This document shows positions 29,884 through 39,893 of a stretch of 64,000 bases of DNA, in pieces (position 1 is the stretch's first letter; each line of letters opens with the position of its first letter). The notes below the pieces were generated by a model that had not been told where the DNA came from, searched no databases, and worked only from the letters and a program-made list of their open reading frames with translations. The position numbers and the translations under genes were made by a program. Where the stretch lies: contig OZ251539.1 of assembly GCA_965243135.1 (NCBI GenBank), forward strand, positions 3,808,001 through 3,872,000, read 5' to 3'. The stretch is from Alphaproteobacteria bacterium (GTDB taxonomy: Bacteria > Pseudomonadota > Alphaproteobacteria > MPNO01 > UBA830).

Positions 29884-31419
29884 TCAAGCGACCTCGCAAT
29901 CGAACCCGACGACGTTGCGCTCCTTGCGGCTGAACTCCACCCCGATCAGGTGGACCGAACGTCCGAGGTGGCGGTACTTGTCCGCGTAGCCCTTCTCCCG
30001 CAACTGCGCGAGCGCAGTCCCCTCCCGCCCGCGCTCCACCACCTTGAACTCGAACAGGTAGACGCGCCCGCCGGCGCGGATCGCCATGTCGGCGCGCCCC
30101 CGGCTGCCGCTGTCCTCGGCGACCGGCTCGAAGCCCTCCATCAGGAAGCAGCTGTGGATGACGCTCGCGTAGTGGGCCTCGTACTTCGCGACCGGGCTGG
30201 TCGCGTACCATTGGTGCGGGATGGCGGCGAAAATGCCGCGGAACAGGGTCTCGATGCGCTCGAAGTCGTTCGCCTCCAGCAGTTCGCCCAGCCGCAGGCG
30301 CGCCGTCTTCTTGCGCGCCGCGTTCGGGAGCAGTTCTCCCAGCAGGGCCTCGCCCAGGCTCTGGCGCACCTCGAGGTTCGGATAGTCCAGCCGGTAGCAC
30401 CCGTCCTCCTCGCCGGCGATGGTGAGGTAGCCGGTCTGGAACAGAAGCGCCTCGACCGAGATATTGTCCACGTCGAAGGTCGAGAGCAGGCTCTCGCTGC
30501 CGGTCATGCCGTCCAGGTCGGGAGTGGGCAGGTCGCGGCGCGCCAGCGTCTCGACCAAAAAGGTCGGCGTGCCGCTATGGAACCAGTAGTTGCCGAACTT
30601 GCGTTTGTCGAACAGCAGCAGGAGGCCGAACGGGTTGTAGACCCTCTCCGGTCCGAGCCAGTTGTAGCCGTTGTACCAGCGGCGGACCTTCTCCCGGTCC
30701 AGGCCCTCGAGTTCCGGGGCGAAGACTGCGTCCAGCTCCGCTTCGGTGTAACCGCAGATGGTGCCGTAGCGCTCGTCCAGCGTGATGTCGTTCAGGTTGT
30801 TCAGGCCAGAGAACAGGCCCGCCTTCGAGAATTTGCTCACCCCCGTCAGAAAAACGAAACGGAGATGCCTGTCGCAGTCCTTGATCACCCCGTACAGGTC
30901 GCGCAGGAAGCCGCGGTTGGCCAGCGCCAGTTCCCGGTCGCCGAGCGCGTCCAGGATCGGCTTGTCGTACTCGTCCACCAGAACGACCGCCCGCTGCCCG
31001 GTGCGCTCGTGCAGTTCGGAGATCAGATGGTGCAGGCGGTCGGAGGCGTCCGGGTAGCCGCATTGGACGCCGGCGCGCTTTTCGGCGGCGTCGAGCTGCA
31101 TCATCGCGTTCCTGTGCAGCCGGTCGGGGACGACGAAATTGCGCCCGCCGAAGCTGAGCCGCACGACCGGGTGGCGCGCCGACCAGTCCCACCCGTCGTG
31201 CACGGCGAGGCCCCGAAACAACTCCTCGTTTCCCTCGAACAGCTCCTGCAGCGTGTCCACCAGAAGGGTCTTGCCGAACCGGCGCGGACGCGACAGGAAA
31301 TAGTACTTGCCCCTCTCGACGAGACGGCGCGCATGGTCCGTCTTGTCGACGTAGTAGCAGTCCATCCCCCGGATCTCCCGGAGGGAGGAAAAGCCGATCG
31401 GAAGCATGCGTTGCGTCAT
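29884..31419 (-). CDS. AAA-ATPase-like plus PDDEXK_9 nuclease protein, copy 1
   Basis: LPIG, YYVDKT, SRPRRFGKT, LVDEYDKPI, FLTGVSKF, WYNGY, QTGYLTI, YPNLEV, GRADM..FEFK. Confidence 0.92.
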   Translation of the reverse strand: MTQRMLPIGFSSLREIRGMDCYYVDKTDHARRLVERGKYYFLSRPRRFGKTLLVDTLQELFEGNEELFRGLAVHDGWDWSARHPVVRLSFGGRNFVVPDRLHRNAMMQLDAAEKRAGVQCGYPDASDRLHHLISELHERTGQRAVVLVDEYDKPILDALGDRELALANRGFLRDLYGVIKDCDRHLRFVFLTGVSKFSKAGLFSGLNNLNDITLDERYGTICGYTEAELDAVFAPELEGLDREKVRRWYNGYNWLGPERVYNPFGLLLLFDKRKFGNYWFHSGTPTFLVETLARRDLPTPDLDGMTGSESLLSTFDVDNISVEALLFQTGYLTIAGEEDGCYRLDYPNLEVRQSLGEALLGELLPNAARKKTARLRLGELLEANDFERIETLFRGIFAAIPHQWYATSPVAKYEAHYASVIHSCFLMEGFEPVAEDSGSRGRADMAIRAGGRVYLFEFKVVERGREGTALAQLREKGYADKYRHLGRSVHLIGVEFSRKERNVVGFDCEVA

Positions 31420-31850
31420 TCGAAGAGGGTAGGCCGCCGCGCCGGAGCCGTCAAGGAGATGGCGGCCGGGCGGAGGCGGCGAAAACGGCGGTTTGCCGCG
31501 CCCGGGGCAATGGCTCAACTCGCGTTGCGCCGGCGACGGGCGGGAGGCCGCCGTTTCGCGGAAATCTTCCCCGCTGAAATGGATTTTCTCGCCCTCTCAA
31601 GTTTCGCCTCCCAGGCCGGCTCCGGCAAACCCGCCCGCTCTTCGGCGACAACGTCTGCAGGCGGAGCGCTGCGGTCCCGAAACCGGCGCCGAGCGGGACG
31701 TTCCTGCGGCCCGCCGCCGCGGCTACCTCGCCTTTCGTCCTGAAGATTGATCGTCCGCGCGGCCTTGTCGGTGGGCGGCCGGAGCGAATTGCGGGACGCC
31801 GGCCGGGCGTCCGGCCGACAAAAAATGGCGCAGCGCAAACGTCAGCAGCC

Positions 31851-32405
31851 TCAGTCGCGGTCGAGCCAGCCCGGCTCCACCCGCGGCAACGGTATCGCGC
31901 CCAGCAATTCGCGGGTGTAGGCGTGCCGCGGCCCGGCGAACAGGTCGGCGCAGTCTCCCTCCTCGACCACCCTGCCATCCCGCGTGACGAGAACCCGGCC
32001 GCACAGCGCCCGAACGACAGCGAGGTCGTGGCTGATGAACAGCAACGCGAGTCCCATTTCCTCGCACAGCCCCCGAAGGAGGTCGAGAATCCGGGCCTGA
32101 ACGGAAACGTCGAGGCCGGAGACGATTTCGTCGGCGACCACGAATTCCAGCTTCGCCGAGGTCGCGCGGGCGATGCCGACGCGCTGACGCATGCCGCCCG
32201 ACAATTCGTGCGGATATTTCCGCAACGCCTGCTCCGGCTCGCGTATGCGGACGGCTTCCAGAAGCGCCCGCTTCCGCGTCGCGCCCCGGGAAAGGCCGAG
32301 ATGCTTCCGCAGGACGTCGGTCGTCTGCGTTCCGATGCGGAGCACGGGATTGAGCGCCGCCGTCGGGTCCTGCAGGATCATGGAAATTTCGCGGCCCGGC
32401 AGGCC
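31851..32405 (-). pseudogene. Chimeric oppD(internal)::oppF(C-terminal) ABC ATPase remnant
   Basis: First half near-identical to about 35900-36135 and second half to about 34709-35045, joined at LSGG-RQRV; no Walker A. Confidence 0.85.
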
Positions 32406-32559
32406 GCCGGGCCGAGTTCCCGGCTGCCGCGGGGCATCCCGTCAAGCTGTCGGCGCGCATGGCGACGAGCCGCCCTCGACGAGGCGCTTGCCGACCCGAA
32501 CCTGGACGGCCTTTCGCGGAGGCGGCTGCAGAAATGTCCGAACGGGATCTCGTCCGGCT

Positions 32560-34092
32560 TCAGGCGGCCTCGCAATCGAACCCGACGACGTTGCGCTCCT
32601 CGCGGCTGAACTCCACCAGGTGCACCGAACGACCGAAATGGCGGTACTTGTCCGCGTAGCCCTTCTCCCGCAACTGCGCGAGCGCGGTCCCCTCCCGTCC
32701 GCGCTCCACCACCTTGAACTCGAACAGGTAGACGCGCCCGCCGGCGCGGATCGCCATGTCGGCGCGCCCCCGGCTGCCGCTGTCCTCGGCGACCGGCTCG
32801 AGGCCCTCCATCAGGAAGCAGCTGTGGATGACGCTCGCGTAGTGGGCCTCGTACTTCGCGACCGGGCTGCTCGCGTACCATTGGTGCGGGATGGCGGCGA
32901 AAATGCCGCGGAACAGGGTTTCGAGACGCTTGAAGTCGTTCGCCTCCAGCAGTTCGCCCAGCCGCAGGCGCGCCGTCTTCTTGCGCGCCTCGACCGGGAG
33001 CAGCTCTCCCAGCAGGGCCTCTCCCAGGCTCCGGCGCACCTCGAGGTTCGGGTAGTCCAGCCTGTAGCACCCGTCCTCCTCGCCCGCGATGGTGAGGTAG
33101 CCGGTCTGGAACAGAAGCGCCTCGACCGAGATATTGTCCACGTCGAAGGTCGAGAGCAGGCTCTCGCTGCCGATCATGCCGTCCAGGTCGGGAGTGGGCA
33201 GGTCGCGGCGCGTCAGCGTCTCGACCAGGAAGGTCGGCGTGCCGCTCTGGAACCAGTACGGGCGGAACTCGCGCCGCCGAAACAGCAGCAGGACGCCGAA
33301 CGGGTTGTAGAGCCTCTCCGGCCCGCACCAGTTGTAGCCGTTGTACCAGCACCGGATCTCGTCCCGGTCCAGGCCCTCGAGTTCCGGGGCGAAAACCGCG
33401 TCCAGCTCGTCGTCCGTGTAGCCGCAGATGTCCGAGAACTCCGGCTCCAGCGTGACGTCGATCAGGTTGTTCAGGCCCGAGAACAGGCCCGCCTTCGAGA
33501 ATTTGCTCACCCCCGTCAGGAAAACGAAACGCAGCTGCCTGTCGCAGGCCTTGATCACCCCGTACAGGCTGCGCAGAAAGTCGCGGTTGGCCAGCGCCAG
33601 CTCCCGGTCTCCGAGCGCGTCCAGGATCGGCTTGTCGTACTCGTCCACCAGAACGACCGCCCGCTGTCCGGTGCGCTCGTGCAGCGTCCTTATCAGGCGC
33701 CGGAAACGGACCGCCGCCCCGGCGGGACCCGGTTCGAGGCCGGCCTGCATCTCCGTCTCTTCCAGCTGCGCTTCCACGGTTTCCCGAACCCCGTCCGGGC
33801 CGTCGAAGCGGCCCACGCCGCTGAAATCCAGCCGCACGACCGGATGGTGCGCCGACCAGTCCCACCTGCCGTGCACGGCGAGGCCCCGGAACAGCTCCTC
33901 GCTTCCTTCGAACAGCTCCTGCAGCGTGTCCACCAGCAGGCTCTTGCCGAACCGGCGCGGACGCGACAGGAAATAGTACTTGCCCCCTTCGACGAGGCGG
34001 CGCACATGGTCCGTCTTGTCGACGTAGTAGCAGTTCATCCCCCGGATCTCCCGGAGGGAGGAAAAGCCGATCGGAAGCATGCGTTTCGTCAT
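32560..34092 (-). CDS. AAA-ATPase-like plus PDDEXK_9 nuclease protein, copy 2
   Basis: Same motifs as copy 1; start at MTKRMLPIG. Confidence 0.92.
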   Translation of the reverse strand: MTKRMLPIGFSSLREIRGMNCYYVDKTDHVRRLVEGGKYYFLSRPRRFGKSLLVDTLQELFEGSEELFRGLAVHGRWDWSAHHPVVRLDFSGVGRFDGPDGVRETVEAQLEETEMQAGLEPGPAGAAVRFRRLIRTLHERTGQRAVVLVDEYDKPILDALGDRELALANRDFLRSLYGVIKACDRQLRFVFLTGVSKFSKAGLFSGLNNLIDVTLEPEFSDICGYTDDELDAVFAPELEGLDRDEIRCWYNGYNWCGPERLYNPFGVLLLFRRREFRPYWFQSGTPTFLVETLTRRDLPTPDLDGMIGSESLLSTFDVDNISVEALLFQTGYLTIAGEEDGCYRLDYPNLEVRRSLGEALLGELLPVEARKKTARLRLGELLEANDFKRLETLFRGIFAAIPHQWYASSPVAKYEAHYASVIHSCFLMEGLEPVAEDSGSRGRADMAIRAGGRVYLFEFKVVERGREGTALAQLREKGYADKYRHFGRSVHLVEFSREERNVVGFDCEAA

Positions 34093-34708
34093 CCGAAGAG
34101 GGTAGGCCGCCGCGCCGGAACCGTCAAGGATGAGGCGAATTGCGAAGCGCCGCGGCGACTCCTGCCAGGGCAGCGGACCTTCGCGGGAGACCCGGCGCGC
34201 CATCGGCGGCGGACGGGGCGTCACGGCGCGTCTCCCGCGGCAACGTTTTCTCGCCAGCCCGTGGCGCGCCCCTTTCGCCCGGCTTTCGCCCGGCGCGTCC
34301 GTTCGCCGCAGGGGCGGCGTTCGGGCGGAGGCAGCGAAAACGGCGGTTTGCCGCGCCCGGGGCAATGGCTCAACTCGCGTTGCGCCGACGATGGGCGAGA
34401 GGCCGCCTTTCCGCGGAAATCTTCCCCGCTGAAATGGATTTTCTCGCCCTCTTGAGTTTCGCCTCCCAGGCCGGCCCCGGCAATCCCGCCCGCTCTTCGG
34501 CGACAACGTCTGCAGGCGGAACGCTGCGGTCCCGAAACCGGCGCCGAGCGGGAAGTTCCTGCGGCCCGCCGCCGCGGCTACCTCGCCTTTCGTCCTGAAG
34601 ATTGATCGTCCGCGCGGCCCTGTCGGCGGGCGGCCGGAGCGAATTGCGGGGCGCCGGCCGGGCGCCCGGCCGACAAAAAATGGTGCAGCGCAAACGTCTC
34701 GAGTAGCC

Positions 34709-35515
34709 TCAGTCGCGGTCGAGCCAGCCCGGCTCCACCCGCGGCAACGGTATCGCGCCCAGCAATTCGCGGGTGTAGGCGTGCCGCGGCCCGGCGAACA
34801 GGTCGGCGCAGGCGCCCTCCTCGACCACCCTGCCCTCACGCATGACGAGAACCCGGCCGCACAGCGCCCGAACGACGGCGAGATCGTGGCTGATGAACAG
34901 CAACGCGAGTCCCATTTCCTCGCACAGCCCCCGAAGGAGGTCGAGAATCCGGGCCTGAACGGAAACGTCGAGGCCGGAGACGATTTCGTCGGCGACCACG
35001 AATTCCGGCTTCGCCGAAATCGCGCGGGCGATGCCGACGCGCTGACGCTGCCCGCCCGACAACTGGTGCGGGTAACGCGCCGCGCAGTCGGCCGGCAACC
35101 CGACGCGTTCCAGCAGTTCGTCCGCGTGCTCGCGGGCTTCGCGCCTCGACGCCGCGAGTCCGAAGGCGAGCGGCGGGTCCGTCAGAATGCGGGCGATCCG
35201 ATGCCGCGGATTGAGCGCCGAAAGCGGATCCTGAAAGATCATCTGCATGTGGCGGCGCAGCGGCCGGAGTTCCCGTTCGGGAAGGCGGGTGATGTCGCGG
35301 CCGCGGAAACGGATCGTTCCGCCGACGGGCGTGCACAGGCGCATGACGGCGCGGCCGAGCGTGGTCTTGCCGGAACCGGATTCCCCGACCACGCCGACCG
35401 CCTCGCCGGCCGCCACGTCGAGATCGACGCCGAACAGGACCTGCGTGAGCGGCGGCGGCCCCGCCAGGGGCTTGCGGCCCGGATAGGCGACTTCGATCCC
35501 GCGCGCTTCAAGCAC
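34709..35515 (-). CDS. Peptide/nickel ABC ATP-binding protein, OppF/DppF-like
   Basis: [35 protein letters not shown]. Confidence 0.92.
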   Translation of the reverse strand: MLEARGIEVAYPGRKPLAGPPPLTQVLFGVDLDVAAGEAVGVVGESGSGKTTLGRAVMRLCTPVGGTIRFRGRDITRLPERELRPLRRHMQMIFQDPLSALNPRHRIARILTDPPLAFGLAASRREAREHADELLERVGLPADCAARYPHQLSGGQRQRVGIARAISAKPEFVVADEIVSGLDVSVQARILDLLRGLCEEMGLALLFISHDLAVVRALCGRVLVMREGRVVEEGACADLFAGPRHAYTRELLGAIPLPRVEPGWLDRD

Positions 35516-36371
35516 CGCGGCGCGCCTCGTCGTAGGCGAAAGCCTCCTGCCACAAGCGCCGCGCGAGTTCGTCCGGCACCGGACGGAGCGCGGCGGCCGG
35601 ACGGTCGTGGCGCGGCGTCGCGGCGAGCAGGGCGCGGGTGTAGTCGTGGCGGGGAGCGTCGAACAGTTCCGCGACCGGCGCGGTTTCGACGATCCTGCCT
35701 GCGTGAATGACGCTGACCTCGTCGCAAATCTTCGCGACGACGCCGAGATCGTGGGTGATGAACAGCACGGCGGCTCCGGTTCGCGACTGCTGTTCCTTGA
35801 TGAGCCGCAGGATCCTTTTCTGCACGGTCACGTCGAGGGCCGTCGTCGGTTCGTCCGCGATCACCAGCTTGGGATCGCAGGCGAACGCGATCGCGATGAT
35901 GACGCGCTGACGCATGCCGCCCGACAATTCATGCGGATATTTCCGCAACGCCTGCTCCGGATCGCGTATGCGGACGGCTTCCAGAAGCTCCCGGGCGCGC
36001 GTCCGCGCCGCGCCCCGGGAAAGGCCGAGATGCTTCCGCAGGACGTCGGTCGTCTGCGTTCCGATGCGGAGCACGGGATTGAGCGCCGCCGTCGGGTCCT
36101 GCAGGATCATGGAAATTTCGCGGCCCGGCAGGCCGCCGGACGGCCTGCCCGAAAAGCGTATCGCGCCTCCGGTGACGGTCGCGGCGGCGGGAAGGATGTC
36201 CAGCACCGCTCTGCCCACCAGGGTCTTGCCGCCGCCCGACTCGCCGACCAGGCCGTGGACCGCGCCGCGCGGGATGTCGAGGCTGACGCCCCGCAGGACG
36301 GGCCTGCGGCCGCCGCGCTCCCGGATTTCGAGATGCAGATTTTCGATCGACAGGACGGGCGGCGCGCTCAT
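35508..36371 (-). CDS. Peptide/nickel ABC ATP-binding protein, OppD/DppD-like
   Basis: GESGGGKT, YPHELSGGMRQRV, ADEPTTALDVTVQ. Confidence 0.92.
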   Translation of the reverse strand: MSAPPVLSIENLHLEIRERGGRRPVLRGVSLDIPRGAVHGLVGESGGGKTLVGRAVLDILPAAATVTGGAIRFSGRPSGGLPGREISMILQDPTAALNPVLRIGTQTTDVLRKHLGLSRGAARTRARELLEAVRIRDPEQALRKYPHELSGGMRQRVIIAIAFACDPKLVIADEPTTALDVTVQKRILRLIKEQQSRTGAAVLFITHDLGVVAKICDEVSVIHAGRIVETAPVAELFDAPRHDYTRALLAATPRHDRPAAALRPVPDELARRLWQEAFAYDEARRGA

Positions 36372-37183
36372 TTTCGCGGATCGAGCGCCTGGCGCAGTCC
36401 GTCCCCCAGCGCGTTGAGGCCGACCACCGAGACGACGATGCAGCCGATCGGCAGGGTCATCGCCCACCAGGCCTGGTGGACGTATTCCCGGCCTTCCGCG
36501 ATCATGCCGCCCCAGGTCGCGATATTGGACGAGGAGAAGCCGACGAAGCTGAGGATCGCTTCCACGACGATGGCGATTCCCATTTCGAGCGCGAAGAGAA
36601 CGAGCATGAGCGGCGCGACGTTGGGCACGATCTCGTCGAACAGGATGCGGCGGCGGCTCTTGCCGACGGTCACGGCGGCGGCGACGAAATCCTGCTCCCG
36701 CAGCACCAGGACTTCGGAACGGACGACGCGGCAGAAGCGCGTCCAGTCGATGACGACGATCGCGAGGATCACGGCGTGGAGCCCGGCTCCGATCACCGCC
36801 ACGAGGACGATCGCGAGCAGGACGGGCGGAAAGGACATGAAGGTCTCGACCGTCCGCGAAATCAACGCGTCCACCCAGCCGCCGTAAAACCCGGAATACA
36901 GGCCGAGGAAGATGCCGATGGCGGCCGAGAACAGGGCGCCGAGCAAGGCGACGGCGACGGCCGGCCGCGCGCCGTGGATGAGGCGCGACAGCACGTCCCG
37001 CCCGAGCGAGTCCGTCCCGAAGGCGTGATCGGCGCTGCCGCCGTCCGACCAGGCGGGGGGCAGATACTGCGCCATGAGGTCCTGGTCCAGGGGATCGTGC
37101 GGAGCCAGCGCGGGCGCGAGCGCCGCGCAGGCGATCAGCGCCCCGAGAACCGTCAGGCCGAACGCGAGGCGCGGATTACCCAT
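36368..37183 (-). CDS. Peptide/nickel ABC permease, OppC/DppC-like
   Basis: FGTDSLGRDVLSRLIHGAR, EAILSF, WGGMIAEG, GDGLRQALDP. Confidence 0.92.
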   Translation of the reverse strand: MGNPRLAFGLTVLGALIACAALAPALAPHDPLDQDLMAQYLPPAWSDGGSADHAFGTDSLGRDVLSRLIHGARPAVAVALLGALFSAAIGIFLGLYSGFYGGWVDALISRTVETFMSFPPVLLAIVLVAVIGAGLHAVILAIVVIDWTRFCRVVRSEVLVLREQDFVAAAVTVGKSRRRILFDEIVPNVAPLMLVLFALEMGIAIVVEAILSFVGFSSSNIATWGGMIAEGREYVHQAWWAMTLPIGCIVVSVVGLNALGDGLRQALDPRK

Positions 37184-38177
37184 GCCGCACCCTGGGGTTC
37201 AGCAGCGCATAGGTCGCGTCGATGACGAAGTTGAGCAGAATGAAGAGGATCGCGAAGGTCAGGGTGATTCCCTGGATCAGCGGCAGGTCGCGGTTTATCA
37301 CCGCTCTCACCGCCATGTTGCCGATCCCGGGATAGGCGAAGATCAGTTCGATCAGCACGGTGCCGCCGAGGAGAAACATGAACTGGACGCCGCTCAGCGT
37401 CACCGCGGGGATGAGGGCGTTGGGAAGCGCGTGGCGCGTCAGGATCCGCGCTTCCCCGAAACCCTTGACGCGGGCGAGCAGGATGTAGTCCTGACCGACC
37501 GCTTCGAGCAGGGAGGACTTGAGCACCCGCGAGATGACCGCGGCGAGCGGCAGGCCGAGAGCGAGAACCGGCAGCGTCATGTGCTTCAACAGGACGCCCG
37601 CGGCGGCGAAATCGCCGCGGACGACGCTCTCCGCCAGGTAGAACCCGGTGTCGAAATCGACCGCCAGCGTGGGGTCGAGCCGCCCGGAGACCGGCAGAAC
37701 CGGGATCAGAACGCCGAAGAACAGGATCAGCAAGAGCGCCCAGAGAAAATCGGGCACGGCGATCATCGTTCCGTTGACTCCGTCGACCAACGCCTCCGGC
37801 CAGCGGCCGCGCCAGTAGGCGGCGGCGAGCGCCAGCGCGATTCCGAGGGCGACCCCGACGGCCATCGCGACGACGGCGAGCTCGAGGGTCGGCGGCAGGC
37901 GCTGCAGAATCAGATCGGCGACGTTCTGCTTGAAACTGATCGACGTGCCGAAATCGCCGGTCGCGACATTGCCGAGATAGATCAGAAACTGCTCGAGAAT
38001 CGACCTGTCCAGCCCGTAGAATTCCCGCAGGCGCCGAACGTCGTCCGCCGTCGCCTCCGGGCCGATCATCATCGCGACGGGATCGCCCGGCACGATCCGA
38101 AGCAGCACGAATACGACCACCATTACGCCGAAAAGCGTCGGCACGGCCGTCCAGAGCCGCTTCAGACTTCCCGACAT
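37176..38177 (-). CDS. Peptide/nickel ABC permease, OppB/DppB-like
   Basis: PGDP, GDFGTS, DYILLARVKG, HALPNALIP, RDLPLIQG. Confidence 0.92.
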   Translation of the reverse strand: MSGSLKRLWTAVPTLFGVMVVVFVLLRIVPGDPVAMMIGPEATADDVRRLREFYGLDRSILEQFLIYLGNVATGDFGTSISFKQNVADLILQRLPPTLELAVVAMAVGVALGIALALAAAYWRGRWPEALVDGVNGTMIAVPDFLWALLLILFFGVLIPVLPVSGRLDPTLAVDFDTGFYLAESVVRGDFAAAGVLLKHMTLPVLALGLPLAAVISRVLKSSLLEAVGQDYILLARVKGFGEARILTRHALPNALIPAVTLSGVQFMFLLGGTVLIELIFAYPGIGNMAVRAVINRDLPLIQGITLTFAILFILLNFVIDATYALLNPRVRHG

Positions 38178-38219
38178 GCGCTCTCCCCCGCGCCGTCGGG
38201 TCCGGCGCGGGAGCGCCGT

Positions 38220-39749
38220 CTAGTTTCGGCCGATCTTCGCGGGCAATACGTAGTTGGCGACATGCGGCGTGAAGGACAGTCCGGACTTGTAGATCACCGG
38301 CTGGTGAAACTGCCATAGCGGCAGGACCAGAGCGTTGTCGGCGATGTACTTGTTGGCGTCGTCGTAGCCCGCGATCCGGCGGTCGTAGTCCCGCTCCTGA
38401 AACAGCTTCAGGAGCTTGGCGGACAACTCTTCGCCGTCCCATACCGAGTGCGGGCTGGGGCCGAACATGGCGTGGCCGGTCGAGTTCTCCGGATCGGCGG
38501 AGGAATTGCCCCAGCTGTAGTAAGCCGCGGGCGCGAGCTTGTCCTGCGCGCGCAGTTCGAAGTGCTTGGCGATCTCGTACACCTCGATTTCCGCCTGAAT
38601 GCCGACCCGCCGCCACATGCCGACGATCGCCTGAACGGTCTCGTAGTCCTTGGGCTTGTAACCGCGGGTCGTCTGAATCGTGAACTTCACCGGGTTCTCG
38701 CGCGAGTGCCCGCTGGCGGCGAGCAGCTTCGCGGCCATATCCGGATCGTAGGGAGTCTTGATGCCGGGGTTGTAGCCGACGTACTGCTCGGTCAGCAGCG
38801 TGTCGATCGGCGTGGCGAGACCGCCCATGAGGCGGTCGACGATGGCCCGCTTGTCGATCGCGTGCACCATCGCCTTGCGCACGTTGGCGTCCTTCATGGG
38901 GCCGACGTCGTTGATGAAGATCATCGCGATGTCGCTCACCGGATGCGCGACGCCTTCGAGGCCGGCCTTGTTCTTGAGTCTCGTGAACTCCTCGTGCGGC
39001 AGGTCGAGCGTGAGGTCGGACGAGCCGCTTTCGATTTCGGCGACGCGGCTCGACGAGTCGGTGACGAACTTGAACACCACCGTCTCGAAGGCGGGTTTCG
39101 GCCCCCAGTAGTTGGGGTTCCGCTTGAGCCGCGCGAACGAGCCGCGGGAATACTGGTCGAGCTGATAGGGTCCCGATCCCATCGGCGCCTTTTCGAAGCC
39201 TTCCTTGCCCACCTTCTCGTAGTAGTGCGGCGGGAGGAGATAGGCGCCTAGGAAGCTCAGCCACGTCAGGATCGTCGCCCGGTAAGGCTCGAGATCGGCG
39301 GTGACCGTGTCGCCGTCGATCTTGAAATTCTTCAGGCTGGCCCAGACGAACTGGATTGGATTGCCGGTCTTCGGGTCGCCGAGCCGCTTGAGATTCCAGA
39401 CGATGTCCTCGGCGGTGATCGGTTTGCCGTCCGCCCATCGCCGTCCGGCGCCGAGCTTCAGGCGGACCCCGGTCCCCTTCGCGTCGTAGGACCACTCGGT
39501 CAGCACGCCGGGTATCTGCTTCAAATCGGGCGCCTGATCGACGTACTGGTCGAAAACCGATTTGTAGATCGACGCAAGCGCCGGATTGACGGCGGAGGTC
39601 CCCGTCGTCGGATCCCAGGAGGGCACCGGCAGGTTGTAAGCGATCGTCAGCGTGTCTCCGGTCGCGGCCCGGGCCGCTCCGAGGATGGGCGAGATAGTGC
39701 CGAGCGCCGCGGCGCCGGCCAGGAAGTCCCTTCGATGCAAGCTGCCCAT
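38220..39749 (-). CDS. Family 5 ABC substrate-binding protein (OppA/DppA-like) with Tat signal
   Basis: MGSLHRRDFL twin-arginine motif, WADGKPITAEDI, PMGSGPY, NPNYWG. Confidence 0.9.
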   Translation of the reverse strand: MGSLHRRDFLAGAAALGTISPILGAARAATGDTLTIAYNLPVPSWDPTTGTSAVNPALASIYKSVFDQYVDQAPDLKQIPGVLTEWSYDAKGTGVRLKLGAGRRWADGKPITAEDIVWNLKRLGDPKTGNPIQFVWASLKNFKIDGDTVTADLEPYRATILTWLSFLGAYLLPPHYYEKVGKEGFEKAPMGSGPYQLDQYSRGSFARLKRNPNYWGPKPAFETVVFKFVTDSSSRVAEIESGSSDLTLDLPHEEFTRLKNKAGLEGVAHPVSDIAMIFINDVGPMKDANVRKAMVHAIDKRAIVDRLMGGLATPIDTLLTEQYVGYNPGIKTPYDPDMAAKLLAASGHSRENPVKFTIQTTRGYKPKDYETVQAIVGMWRRVGIQAEIEVYEIAKHFELRAQDKLAPAAYYSWGNSSADPENSTGHAMFGPSPHSVWDGEELSAKLLKLFQERDYDRRIAGYDDANKYIADNALVLPLWQFHQPVIYKSGLSFTPHVANYVLPAKIGRN

Positions 39750-39893
39750 GACCGTTGTCTCCTCCGTTTGTCGACCGGCCGCAGTGTGCATGCGTCGCCG
39801 CTTTCTGTCAAAACCGGCCGCGTCCGTTCGGTTCTCCTCGGACGAGCCGAAACGACCTCGCAGAAAAGGCCTTGAAGGCGCCGGAGACGCTCC

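Larger units (their letters stand above)
29730..35045. repeat. Tandem segmental duplication, unit about 2.7-2.9 kb (AAA gene, spacer and oppF 3' end)
   Basis: Near-identical blocks: 31480-32190 vs 34335-35045, and 29730-30590 vs 32405-33255. Confidence 0.85.
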
